From an uncultured Planctomycetota bacterium (GTDB lineage Bacteria; Planctomycetota; Planctomycetia; Gemmatales; Gemmataceae): a stretch of DNA of 64,000 nucleotides. Below, piece by piece: positions 51,242-61,706 of the stretch (position 1 is its first letter; each line of letters starts with the position of its first letter). The stretch spans positions 32,001 through 96,000 of the forward strand of contig CAWKHF010000006.1 of the NCBI GenBank assembly GCA_963849325.1, given 5' to 3'. Under the pieces are notes generated by a model that saw only the letters and a list, made by a program, of their open reading frames with translations, had not been told where the DNA came from and searched no databases. The position numbers and the translations under genes are program-made.

Positions 51242-51538
51242 TCACCACGAGATGCCCTTGAGTTCCGGCGGAAAGAGCGGCCGATTCGAGGTACGGGAGG
51301 CGTCGAGACTGCGGAGGAACTCCTCGTTCGCGGCCTCCTCTTCCGGAGTAAGGGCCGCGTCTTCCTCCATCCATTGCTTTAGCAGGGCGATGGCGGCCGC
51401 GCGGCGTGCGTCTAACGGCGGCGGCAGGTGCTCGTCGAGCAGTCGCAACACTACCGATTCGGCCGACTGTCCGCGGCGCTCGGCTTCTTGACGCAGACGC
51501 TCTTGCAATTCCGGACACAAAGTGAGTTGAAGCGTCAT
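51242..51538 (-). CDS. RHH/CopG-like antitoxin-type protein without adjacent toxin
   Basis: MTLQLTLCPELQERLRQEAERRGQSAESVVLRLL; RBS GGAGG. Confidence 0.6.
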   Translation of the reverse strand: MTLQLTLCPELQERLRQEAERRGQSAESVVLRLLDEHLPPPLDARRAAAIALLKQWMEEDAALTPEEEAANEEFLRSLDASRTSNRPLFPPELKGISW

Positions 51539-51735
51539 CGGTCTTCCTCCAGGTACGATCCTTCGATCCCCATTCTACCCGGTCCACGCCAGCGGAGCCA
51601 CGGAGCGAATCCGCGGATCGACCCGGTTCCCCTTTGCCACGTCGGCCGGGAAGGAGTATGATGCCGTTACTCCACCCAAGCATCGGAGCGCGGCGGACGG
51701 CGTGACGGGGTTCTCGCACGCGGGAGGACGCAAAC

Positions 51736-51972
51736 ATGATCGTCAATGACAAACGCGAGGTGTCCGGCCAAAGCCAGCGGGCCCACGAACTTCTGCTGGC
51801 GCATCTGCGGGCGGCCGACGCTCCGTCCTGGCCCGGCGCGGATGGCGTGACGCTCGAAGAAGTCCTTCTCAGTTATCCGCAGGCCGCCGCCGAAGGACTC
51901 GTCCCCGACCTGCGGACGCTGATCGAGCAGAACCCCGAGCTGGCCAACGTCCTGCGCGATTTCTTCGATTAA
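51736..51972 (+). CDS. Small hypothetical protein
   Basis: RBS GGAGG; C-terminal PDLRTLIEQNPELANVLRDFF. Confidence 0.6.
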   Translation: MIVNDKREVSGQSQRAHELLLAHLRAADAPSWPGADGVTLEEVLLSYPQAAAEGLVPDLRTLIEQNPELANVLRDFFD

Positions 51973-52041
51973 AACGATGCCTAGGTCGCCGCTCCGGTCA
52001 ACACGCCCTGCAACCGCGCCTCGACGTGTCCGCCATTTCCT

Positions 52042-53509
52042 TCAGGCCATCAGCCGCGCCATCAACTCCCGCTCCGCTTGAGCGCTGATGGCGAGCAAGA
52101 GTAAATCGAGGGGCAAAGTCCCAATCCCCCCGGTACTTTTTCCGGCGCGCGGGGAAGGAGGTCGGGGGCGACCAGGAAAGCGCGGCCCTGGAAGCGCGGG
52201 AACCGCTCCACGAACGCTTGCAAGCCCCTGCGGTGGTGGGAACCGGAGGAGCCGATCTCGAAGGCCAGCGGACGCTCCGGGTGATCGTAGATGAGATCGA
52301 TTTCCTCGTTCCCTTGTCTCCAGTGGTACACGCGAACCTGGCCTTGCTGACTGAGGGCGTGCAAATGACCGGCCACCAAGTTTTCCAGGAGTAATCCCAT
52401 CTCCGCGGCGTCGTTCAAGGGGGCGAGGCCGCGCTGCAGCGCGGCATTGCGCACGGCCCCATCGACGAAGTACAGCTTGCGGCCGCGCTTCTGCTTGGAC
52501 GCCTCGCTCCCGGAGTAGTTCTCCAAGCTGAACACCAGAAAGGCGCGCTCCAGGTAAGCGAGATAGCGATCGAACGTCGGCTGAGAGAGGCCATCGAGTC
52601 CTTGGCAGATCGTCTTGGGAGATAAAACCCCCGTGACCTGGCCCGCCAGCGTGTAAAGCATCCGCTCCAGGAGCTTCGGACTTTGCACGCCAAACGTCTG
52701 GGGGATGTCTTTGTAAATGGCCCGCTCAACGGCGTCGTTGCGCAAGGTGCGCTGCGATTGGAGCAGGACCGATTGCTCGTCGCTGGGATGGTCCTTGCCG
52801 CCGATGAGCAATTCGGGAAACCCTCCGGTCAAGAGAAAACGGCGGCGAAGGTCGGCCAGGCCGCTCACGGCCGGACCCTCCACGATGCAGGCGTCGATGG
52901 TTTCGGCCAGGGAAGCCCCCACGGGGACCGTCACGGAACGGCCCAACAAATCGAGGTATTCGGTGAACAGGTAGGGAGCGAGATATTGTTCCTCCCACCG
53001 GCCGACACCGCTTTCCAACCGGCGATCGCGCAAGGCCGCCGTCGAGCTGGAGGAGCCGAGAATGCGGAGGGGCCAGGTTTCATCGTAAAAAGTCTTCAGC
53101 CAGAGGTCCCACTTGTCCGCGTAGGTCAGTTCGTCCAGAAAGAGGTAAGCTGGGTCGGCGGTCGTCGTGAAGATGGAACGAACTAACTCTCCAAGCGGGA
53201 TCTCCATCAGCAGAGGGTGATCCAGTCGCAGCCACCAGAGCCGTTGACGCGGCACTCCCTCCGCTAAGAGATGCTTGACGGTCTGGTACATGGAGGTGGT
53301 CTTGCCGACCCGGCGTGGACCGAGAACCAATTGGAATCGGCGTGGCTTCTCGCGCGCAGCCTTTGCCACAAGGAACGCACGAGCGGTCTTTCGACTTGCC
53401 GCGCCCAGGCATCCGGTACTTTGCCGTCGTGGTGCCAGGGGTTTTGCTCGTTGAAGACCTGCTCGTAATCCGCAACACTCGGTCGCCAAGTTGGGTGCCG
53501 AGAAGCCAT
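52042..53509 (-). CDS. AAA_14 + DUF4143-type ATPase (frameshifts near 53380 and 52130)
   Basis: EQNPW, GPRRVGKT, LFLDE, GSSS, TGGFPE, KLYFVD, LLENLV, YHWR...EEIDLI...AFEI. Confidence 0.88.
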
Positions 53510-53667
53510 GCAGATTAGCTTAAATATTTATTCTAAATCGTCAATAGCATAATCCATGTGAATTCTATTTGCAAATTAAGCATCAATTGGGTGAGAAAGT
53601 GAAGTTTATTGGGGTCTCCAAAAGGCACCTAAGTGATACCCCCAGTTGAAGGCCACCCCGCTTTCCC

Positions 53668-55237
53668 TCACGTCTCCGTGAGGACGCCCTGCAACCGCGC
53701 CTTCGACGTGTCCGCCACCTCCTGATGCAGCGATTGACCGTGCGCGTCCATCGTCACCACGGCGGGGAAGTCCTTGACGCGCAGCACCCACACCGCCTCG
53801 GGACTGCCGAACTTCTCCTTCAGATGCACGCCCTCGACCTTCTCGACGCAGCGCGCGTAAATCTGCGCCGCGCCGCCGATGGCGTGCAGGTAGACGCAGC
53901 CGTGTTCCCGGCACGCTTGCAGCGTCTTGGCGCCCATGCCGCCCTTACCGATGACGGCCTTGATGCCATAGCGCCCAATGATGTCGGCCTGGTACGGCTC
54001 CTCGCGGATCGACGTCGTCGGCCCCGCCGCGATGACGCGATAAGAATCCTTCTCTTCGAGCACCACGGGGCCGCAGTGGTAGAGGATGCCATCCTTCAGC
54101 ATCGGCAGATCGCCGCCCTTGCACAGGTACTTGTGGACCTCATCGCGGCCGGTGTAGACGGTGCCGCTCAGTAAGACGATGTCGCCGGCCTTCAGCTTGC
54201 GCACGTCGGCCTCGCTTAGCGGCGTGGTCAGCGCGATCGCCTTCTGACCGCTGGCGCCGAGGTCGAGCAACTCGACCCCCTCACCCCCACCCTCTCCCCC
54301 TGGAGGGGGAGAGGGCAGGGTGAGGGGGTCGAACTCGCCGCGAGCCTGGTAGGGCCAGTCAACCACGTCGCCGACGGTATCGAGCACGACGCCGCGGCGG
54401 CGGTAGGCCCAGCACATGTACGCGATGCTGACGAAGAACGACGCCGGCAGACGATTGCGCGCGCCAACCTTGCAACTGCCGACCGTCAGCTTGCCGCCGA
54501 AGCCCATCGGGCCGATGGCGAGCTGGTTGGCCTCGTCGAGAATGCGTGCCTCCAGGGCCGCCAGCTCCGGCACCGGGTTGGTATCGTCCAGCTCGCGCAG
54601 CAGCTGCTCCTTGGCGAACTCGTAGCCAGTGGCGCGATCGCCGCCGACGCAGACGCCGAGGAAACCGGGTCCGCAGCCCTTGCCCTGAGCGTTCCACACG
54701 GCATCGAGGATGCAGGCGCGCACGCCGTCGAGGTCGCGGTCGCAGCGCTTGCCGCCCAGCGTCGCCGGCAGCGAATACTGGGCGCTCATGTTCTCGCAAC
54801 CGCCGCCCTTGAGGACAAGGCGGATGTCGATGGTGTCCTGGCGATGCTGGTGCCAGTGGAAGACCGGACTGCCGGGACCGAGGTTGTTGCCGGTGTTCTT
54901 GCCGGTGACGCTATCGACCGAGTTTTGCCGCAGGTAGCCCTTGGCCGTGGCCTCGACGACGGCCTCGCGGCACAGCTCCTCCAGCTCCAGCTGATCGAAG
55001 CCGACCGGCGTTCGCACGTAAAACGTGATGGTGCCGGTGTCCTGGCAGATGGGAGGCGCTGAGCCGCTTGGCCAGGCCAATGTTCTGCGACACCAGGTCC
55101 AGCGCCAGGCTGGCCTTGGAGCCTTGCTGTTCGAGGGCGCGATGCATCTCGAGGACCTGCGTCACATCCGGCGGCAGGAACGCGGAGGTGCGGCGGATCA
55201 GTTCGAGGACATGGGCGTGGAACTTGCTGGCGCTCAT
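53668..55237 (-). CDS. fumA: Class I (Fe-S) fumarate hydratase, fused alpha/beta domains (frameshift near 55065)
   Basis: ICQDTG, LRQNSV, KGGGCEN, GPMGFGG, TGRD, AGPTTS, IGKGGMG. Confidence 0.9.
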
Positions 55238-55291
55238 GGGAGACGATCTCCAGGTATGTGGGCGGCTATCATCATCCTATGCACGAAGAGA

Positions 55292-55360
55292 TGATCGTTT
55301 AGCCGCGACGCGCAGCGGAGCGCGCGACGCGCTCCGCTGCGCGTCGCGGCTAAACGATCA
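55292..55360. repeat. REP-like palindrome, family A
   Basis: Arms as in the 19893 copy; includes the TGA of the 55358 gene. Confidence 0.9.
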
Positions 55361-57049
55361 CTCCCCCGCCGGCACGTCCACCTGCACGGCCTGCAAAACC
55401 TCCTTGCTCTTGTCGTCCTGGATGAAGGCGACGACCTTGAGGTGCCGCAAGTTCAACGGCCGTTCGTCGTCCAAAAACGGCTGGTCCTTGGCGGACTTGT
55501 CGAGGTAATTCCTCAGCGTCTTCTTCACGTCGGCGACATCGACGGCGACTTTCTTGCTCGCCGTCGCCTCCAGCAAGGCGAAGCCCTTGACGCCGCCGGG
55601 AAAGGACCGCACGACGTGATGGTGCAGACGCTGGCGATTGCGGCCGGGATAGCGCACCACTTCCTCGACCAGGGCGAAGTGCAGCCGTACCCGGTCGCCG
55701 GGCTTGTCGAGATCGCTCACCTCGGCCGCCAGCTCGATTTTGTCGCCGGTGCGCCGCACGTCCAGCTTGAGGTTGGCCCCGGCATTCTTTTGCAGCCGTT
55801 CGTCGAGTTGTTTGCGGAGTGCATCGTAGCTCTCCTGGCTGTCTCCGGCGCCGCCACCCAGCAACTCGGTCGGCCGACCGTCGAGGAAGGCCGTCGGCGT
55901 GCCTTCGATGGCCTTGCCATAGTATTCCGATCGTGCCACGCTGTCGGCGTTGGTCAGCGGGTCCGGGCCGGGAACGTGCAGGTGATACTGCAACAGCACA
56001 ACGTCGCTGGTCTTGTAGGTCTTCAGGACGGCGTCGAAGGCGATGTCGGCGGCCACGCACGGCGGACACTGGGCGCCGGTGAACAGCTCCAGCAGGACAA
56101 CGCGGTCACTGCCGCGCTGGCGGCGCGGCGGCGCGGCCGGCTGGAAGGGGATGGCGTTCCTGGCGAACTCCTCATCGAGCTGATTATCCAGCTTGGCGAG
56201 GCGAGCGTGTACCGCGCGGGCCTCGCCGTCCTTGCCGGCCTTGGCCAGCGCACGGGCCAGGATCTTGAGGACGGCGGCTTGCTGCTCCAGCGGATCGGTC
56301 GGGGCGAGTTGCTTCTCCGCCTTTTGAGCGTACTCCAGGGCCAGTTCGGCGTGCCGGCCGGCCGACAGCAGCGCGCGGGCGACCGCGAAGGCGGCGTGTA
56401 GCTCCAGCTCGCGGCCATAGCGCGCCGCTTCCTGGAGGTACGAGTCCGCGGCGGCACGGACTTTCTCCGCCGCGCCGCCGGAGACGGCCAGATCGACGAG
56501 CAACTCGGCCGCGGCCAGCGCCACCGGCTCGCCGACATGCTTCTTCGCCAACTCCTTCAACCCCTCTTGCTGCTTGCGCGCGTCCTTGACCTCTTGCAGC
56601 CGAACGAACTCGTCGAAGCCGGGGCTGTCCTTGACGGCGTCCTTCTCGGCGAGGCTCGTCTGTTCGGTGCGTTCCAGGATCAGCGGATCGACCTCTCCGG
56701 GTCCGGCATGGACGGAGCCGAGCAGTTTTTTCGACTTTTCCTCTCCCTTTGGGGCGTAGCCGATCAGGTGCAGCGGCGTGCCGCGCACGCGCAGCGTGAA
56801 GCGGAGCGAACGCGCTTCGACCGCGACGTCCTCCAGGCGGGCGTCCTTGATCGCGGCGGGCGCGAGCACCTGGATCGCCGGCTTGTCGCCCTTGTCCTCG
56901 ACCCGGACGAGGGCGAGAGTGATCTCCTTGCCCTCGCTGACGACGGTGACTTTCCAGTTGCCGGCCAGCGGCGCCGCCGCCGGCGCGGCCGGGGCCAGTC
57001 CGACGACCGCTACCACGAGAATCGACCATTTCTTCCACGCCTTGCCCAT
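55358..57049 (-). CDS. Secreted helical-repeat plus thioredoxin-fold (CPPC) protein
   Basis: Signal peptide; LLELFTGAQCPPCVAAD, YHLH.PGPDP, GTPT, VVAFIQD. Confidence 0.82.
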   Translation of the reverse strand: MGKAWKKWSILVVAVVGLAPAAPAAAPLAGNWKVTVVSEGKEITLALVRVEDKGDKPAIQVLAPAAIKDARLEDVAVEARSLRFTLRVRGTPLHLIGYAPKGEEKSKKLLGSVHAGPGEVDPLILERTEQTSLAEKDAVKDSPGFDEFVRLQEVKDARKQQEGLKELAKKHVGEPVALAAAELLVDLAVSGGAAEKVRAAADSYLQEAARYGRELELHAAFAVARALLSAGRHAELALEYAQKAEKQLAPTDPLEQQAAVLKILARALAKAGKDGEARAVHARLAKLDNQLDEEFARNAIPFQPAAPPRRQRGSDRVVLLELFTGAQCPPCVAADIAFDAVLKTYKTSDVVLLQYHLHVPGPDPLTNADSVARSEYYGKAIEGTPTAFLDGRPTELLGGGAGDSQESYDALRKQLDERLQKNAGANLKLDVRRTGDKIELAAEVSDLDKPGDRVRLHFALVEEVVRYPGRNRQRLHHHVVRSFPGGVKGFALLEATASKKVAVDVADVKKTLRNYLDKSAKDQPFLDDERPLNLRHLKVVAFIQDDKSKEVLQAVQVDVPAGE

Positions 57050-57205
57050 GACGATCTCCTTGCTTGGCCGATCCGCGCGGCCGCGGGTCGGCTGGGTCCA
57101 TTCGGGTCGCCCTGGCTGTTTTATGACTTCACGGCTCGCCCGCGCCGGCCGGAGTGCTAGGATAGCGTCAACGTTCCTCGATCTCGATTCCGGAAAGGAC
57201 TACCC

Positions 57206-58030
57206 ATGACCTCTCCCGCCTCCGCCGCCAGCCGTATCGTCGCGCTGTGGCGTTATCCGGTCAAATCGATGCAGGGCGAGGAGCTGAACGCCAGCGCCGT
57301 CAGCGAGCGCGGCCTGCTCGGCGATCGAGCCTACGCCCTGGTCGATGCCCGCGACGGCAAGATCGGCAGCGCCAAGAACCCGCGCAAATGGCCGAACCTG
57401 TTCGCCTTCCAGGCCGCCTACCGCGAGCCGCCGCGTCCAGGCGCCGCCGTCCCGCCCGTCCACATCACCCTGCCGGATGGCACGCGCACCAGCAGCGCCG
57501 AGCCGGGCCTGTCGGCGATGCTGGCGCCGATCCTCGGCCGGGACGTGGCGCTGCACGCGGCGGCGCCGGACAAGCCGATCCTGGAGGAGTATTGGCCGGA
57601 CCTGGAAGGACTGGATCACCGCGACGCCGTCACCGACGAGACGATGCCGGCGGGCACGTTCTTCGACCTCGCCCCCGTCCATCTGCTGACGACGGCGACC
57701 CTCGACCGTCTCCGCGCCCTGTATCCGCAGGGGCGCTTCGAGACGCGCCGCTTCCGTCCCAACATCGTGGTACACGTGGACGGCGCCCAGCCGGCGTTCG
57801 TGGAGAATGACTGGGTGGGGCGGACGCTGCGGCTGGGTTCGGAGGTGCGGCTGAAGATCACGAAGCCGTGCGGGCGCTGCGTCATGACGACGCTGCCGCA
57901 GTCGGATTTGCCGAACGATCCTGGCATCCTGCGGACGGCCGTGCAGCAGAACAAGGGCCACGTCGGCGTCTACGCCACCGTCCTGCACGGCGGCACCGTC
58001 CGCCGCGGCGACGCCGTCCAGTTGGAGTAG
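57206..58030 (+). CDS. MOSC domain protein
   Basis: RYPVKSMQGE, GDR, RRFRPNI, PCGRCVMTT, GVYA. Confidence 0.92.
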   Translation: MTSPASAASRIVALWRYPVKSMQGEELNASAVSERGLLGDRAYALVDARDGKIGSAKNPRKWPNLFAFQAAYREPPRPGAAVPPVHITLPDGTRTSSAEPGLSAMLAPILGRDVALHAAAPDKPILEEYWPDLEGLDHRDAVTDETMPAGTFFDLAPVHLLTTATLDRLRALYPQGRFETRRFRPNIVVHVDGAQPAFVENDWVGRTLRLGSEVRLKITKPCGRCVMTTLPQSDLPNDPGILRTAVQQNKGHVGVYATVLHGGTVRRGDAVQLE

Positions 58031-58036
58031 TCGGCC

Positions 58037-58390
58037 TCAACCCTGGCTGGCGGAGGCCGAGATCCTGGACCTCGTTGTACGCCAGGGTCTTGTCGAAGTG
58101 GACCCCGATGCAGTGCGTGCCGTCGGCTAGCGCCGCGCACCAGCGGACGCGGGCCGACAGGGTCAGCGGCCGCACGTGCCACGGTCCCTCCACGCTCAGG
58201 GTGACTTCCTGCCCGCTGTCCAGCGGCGACGCGACCACGAGACGGGCGCCGTCGGTGGACACGTCGAGCAGCGCCGCGCCATATCCGCTCCCATCCCCCA
58301 CGATCCCTTCTGGCAACGCACCTTGACCATGCTCTTGGAGAGTCGCCGGCGCGAACGGCGGCGGTTGGACGGATCGGTTGGCTGGCTCAT
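58037..58390 (-). CDS. PilZ domain protein (frameshifted; 3' end uncertain)
   Basis: NRRRSRR (RxxxR) and DVSTDGA (DxSxxG), ARVRW, IGVHF; RBS GGAGG. Confidence 0.8.
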
Positions 58391-58631
58391 GACGGACCTC
58401 CCGCCACAAGCGTAGGTCACGAACCGAGAGCGAGCAACCAGCCCTCTCCGGTCGCCAAACCCCCCACAATTAGGGAACGGATGTTCACAAAAACAACTTT
58501 CTTGAAAAAAAATGGAAAAATAGTCGGAATTCTTGTCCGATTTCGCGCGCCGATTTCGATGGAATATATAGCGGAACATTTCTCTTCGACGCCGCGGCGT
58601 CGGACCCTCCCCCTCCAAGCAGGAGCGAGCC

Positions 58632-58838
58632 ATGAATACGGATGAGTTTCTGCGTATGCTGACGAGCATCAGCAAGCGTCTGGCCACCCTCGGCGATCAA
58701 GCCCACGAGACGCGCGAACAGGCCCAGCACACCCTCGACCGGATCTATCTGCTGCGCGAAGACGTCGAACAACTACGGCGCCGGCTGTTGGCCGAGGGGG
58801 AGACGCCGACGCCGGCGCTCTCGGAGGGTCGGCGCTGA
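58632..58838 (+). CDS. Small coiled-coil protein
   Basis: RBS AGGAG; heptad-like Leu spacing. Confidence 0.55.
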   Translation: MNTDEFLRMLTSISKRLATLGDQAHETREQAQHTLDRIYLLREDVEQLRRRLLAEGETPTPALSEGRR

Positions 58839-58864
58839 GCGTCAAGCAAAGATACAATGGGGAT

Positions 58865-59306
58865 TACGCCCGGCAGGATTCGAACCTGCGACCACCGGTT
58901 TCTTGCCACGACGAGTTTCCCCGCCGCCCTGGAGCGTTCGTGGTCTGGACTGTCTCTTCGCCATGCCATCGTGGTGTAGGCGGTGACCGTACAGTCTCTG
59001 CACAAGGAACTGACTTGAACCGTAGGAGGCGCGATGACCACAGCAGCTTCAAATCAACTCTTGCTCAGGATTGCCGTGGCCGTAGGTCCGTTCCGCAGCC
59101 GAAAGGCCCGGAACTCGAAACTCTCCTGACGTTCCCTGGCGGTCCAGAGGAGCAACGTCCTGGCTCCTCGGGTACCGTGGAGGATTCGATCGCGGATTTG
59201 GTACGGCTTTAGGTTTTCCTGATCAGGTCACATTCATCGCGCGGTTTCCCCTCGCGATGCCCAATTACCTAGGAAACCGATGCTCTATCCCCTGAGCTAC
59301 GGGCGC
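58865..59306 (-). tRNA. tRNA-Arg(CCT) interrupted by an intron; exons 59271-59306 and 58865-58901; CCA not encoded
   Basis: Spliced: GCGCCCGTAGCTCAGGGGATAGAGCATCGGTTTCCT|AAACCGGTGGTCGCAGGTTCGAATCCTGCCGGGCGTA, a 73-nt cloverleaf. Confidence 0.95.
58902..59270 (-). ncRNA. Group I self-splicing intron, 369 nt
   Basis: 5' splice after U with U.G pair in P1 (CCU-AG-GUAA-UU-GGG); terminal G; P3 GUGACC/GGUCAC; Q AAUCCUGAGC; R GCAGAGACUGUA; S AAGAGACAGUCC. Confidence 0.93.
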
Positions 59307-59398
59307 GTCCGCTCGGAGACGGATGTCTCCGAATAGCGGGACACTTCCTTTATATCACTCCGGCCGGCGGCAACAATGTCGTGCTCAGGGATCATTTT

Positions 59399-59475
59399 CA
59401 TCCGAGCCTGAAGCGTAAGCGAAGAGGACGATACCCTTGGGTTATCGTCCTCTTCGCTTACGCTTCAGGCTCGGA
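59399..59475. repeat. REP-like palindrome, family B
   Basis: CCGAGCCTGAAGCGTAAGCGAAGAGGACGATA...TATCGTCCTCTTCGCTTACGCTTCAGGCTCGG. Confidence 0.9.
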
Positions 59476-59500
59476 TGGTTTTTTCCGTTCGTCCTTCGCT

Positions 59501-60403
59501 TCACGGGTTCGCGGGCGTCTCTTCGAGGATCGGCACCTCTTCCTTCTCCTCCTTGTCCGCGCGGCGGACGGCTGGCGTCTCCTTGTCGAAGCGTCCGGGG
59601 ACTTGCACTTCCTCCTTGCCGGCGCGTCCGGGGGGAGGGAGCGTCTCGGGGGAGGGAGCGGACGGGGGCGGCTCCTCGACCACGCGCAGGATGGCGCGGA
59701 AGCCGAAATCCTTGTGCGGCACGGCGCGGAACGGCTTCATGACCGTGTTCCAGCGCGAGTCGAATTTCGGGTCGGGGTCGAAGTCGGCGGCGGCGGAGCC
59801 GGGATGGCAACGACTCTTCTGCTGGTTGGCGTTGAGGGCGAAGGTTTGGTGCAGGCAGTAGGCGCCGGGCGTGGCCGGCACCTCCATCGGCCCAACACGG
59901 TCGTTGACGAGCAGGTTCTGGCCGCCGGCGACGCTGTGCGGCTTGACGCAGACGTTGAGCAGCTGCTGGCCGGCGAACTGGACGCAGGCGCAGCCGGCAC
60001 CGTGGTCCGCCGTGCCGCCTTCCGGCAGGGTCGAGTTCAGACAGCCGATGGCCCAGGCCGCCAGCGTCAGCCGCGGCGGCCGCAGACCCTTGCGCGTCGG
60101 CACGATCTCGAAATCCTGGTTCAGATCGAACTGCATCGACGCCGAGTCGGCCTGGTGCTCGGAGCCGGCGACCACGGCGCCGCGCATCAGCACCATGATC
60201 AGGTTCGGCTCCAGCTGCGTGACCTGGATGAAGCCGCCGCCGGTCTGGGCCTCCTTGCTCTTCTCCGGTGTCACCACGGCGCTGCGCGAGCGGAGGAGGA
60301 TCGCATAAGGCGGCTCCGGCGCGGCCGACCGGACAGGACCGGACAGCAAAGGCAGGCAAGCGGCGCAGACCAACAACAATGGGACCGCCGACGTTCGCAC
60401 CAT
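59501..60403 (-). CDS. Secreted hypothetical protein
   Basis: RBS AAGGAG; signal peptide MVRTSAVPLLLVCAAC; Pro/Glu-rich tail. Confidence 0.7.
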   Translation of the reverse strand: MVRTSAVPLLLVCAACLPLLSGPVRSAAPEPPYAILLRSRSAVVTPEKSKEAQTGGGFIQVTQLEPNLIMVLMRGAVVAGSEHQADSASMQFDLNQDFEIVPTRKGLRPPRLTLAAWAIGCLNSTLPEGGTADHGAGCACVQFAGQQLLNVCVKPHSVAGGQNLLVNDRVGPMEVPATPGAYCLHQTFALNANQQKSRCHPGSAAADFDPDPKFDSRWNTVMKPFRAVPHKDFGFRAILRVVEEPPPSAPSPETLPPPGRAGKEEVQVPGRFDKETPAVRRADKEEKEEVPILEETPANP

Positions 60404-60527
60404 ATTGGCTCCTTCCCCTCTTCGCGGCCGAGCCTTCGCCAGGCTCCTCTCTTCCTTCGGTATCGATTTCATCGGCCGTCCGGTGGTGCGGCTTACAGGA
60501 TTTTTTCCGAAGATTTCGGCGCAGGAA

Positions 60528-60578
60528 CCGAGCCTGAAGCGTCCGCGAAGACAATCTTCGCTGACGCTTCAGGCTCGG
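60528..60578. repeat. REP-like palindrome, family B variant, downstream of recA
   Basis: CCGAGCCTGAAGCGTC.GCGAAGA...TCTTCGC.GACGCTTCAGGCTCGG. Confidence 0.8.
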
Positions 60579-60597
60579 ACAATCAAGGCCTCGATGC

Positions 60598-61706
60598 TCA
60601 CTCCGACGACGATGCGGCCCGACGGCGCGAACCTTTGGAGGTCGTCTCCGGCTCGGCCGGAGCGGGCGCCGGTTCCGCCGTCTGACCGTCGCTGTCGGCG
60701 ACGGCGCCGGCCGGCGTCAGCAGGCCGCGCTTCTCCAGCACCTTGCGGCTGATCTCTTCAACCAGGGCCGGATTGTCGCGCAGGAACTGCTTGGCGTTCT
60801 CGCGGCCATTGCCCAGGCGAATGTCGCCGTAACTGTGATGGCCGCCGCTCTTCTGAATGATCTCGTCCTCGATGCCCAGGTCGATCAGGTCGCCCTCGCG
60901 GCTGATGCCGCGGTCGTGCATCAGGTCGAACTCGGCCTGCCGGAACGGCGGCGCCACCTTGTTCTTGACCACGCGCACCTTGGTCCGCGAGCCGACCGTC
61001 ACGTCGCCTTCCTTGATGCCCGTCACCTTGCGGACGTCCAGGCGAACCGAGCTGTAGAACTTCAGGGCCAAACCGCCGGAGGTCGTCTCGGGATTGCCGA
61101 ACATGACGCCGATCTTCTGGCGGATCTGGTTGATGAAGATCATGCAGGTGCGCGTCCGAGCGATGGTCGGATTGAGGATGCGCAGGGCCTGGCTCATGAG
61201 GCGGGCCTGGATGCCGACGTGCGAATCGCCGATCTCGCCCTCGATCTCGGCCGCGGCACCAGGGCGGCCACGGAGTCGATGACGATCAGATCGACGGCAT
61301 TGGACTTGACCAGCATCTCGGCGATGCGCAGCGCCTCCTCGGCGTGGCCGGGCTGGCTGACGAGCAGGCTTTCCAGATCGACGCCGAGGCGCTTGGCCCA
61401 GCCGGGATCGAGGGCGTGCTCGGCGTCGATGTAGGCGGCGACGCCGCCCTGCTTCTGCGCGTTGGCCACCGCATGCAGGGCCACCGTCGTCTTGCCGCTG
61501 GACTCCGGCCCGAAAATCTCGATGATGCGGCCGCGCGGCAAACCGCGCCCGCCCAGGGCGATGTCCAGACTCAGCGCCCCGGTCGGAATGCCCTGCACGT
61601 CCAGGTGCGAGCTTTCGCCCAGCTGCATGATCGAGCCTTTGCCGATGTCCTTCTCGATCTGCGCCAGTACGTTCTTCAGTTCCTTGCTCTGCGACGGTTC
61701 GGCCAT
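60598..61706 (-). CDS. recA: Recombinase A (frameshift near 61255)
   Basis: [58 protein letters not shown]. Confidence 0.97.

Noticed and set aside
58940-59212. Intron-encoded homing endonuclease
   Set aside because: The 90-aa ORF is antisense to the intron and has no LAGLIDADG, HNH or GIY-YIG motif.
60598-61706. Frameshifts in recA, xpb, MCP, cbs, fumA and others as pseudogenes or programmed frameshifts
   Set aside because: Single-base shifts are spread evenly across unrelated genes, including conserved housekeeping ones, with motifs otherwise intact. This is best explained by long-read indel errors.
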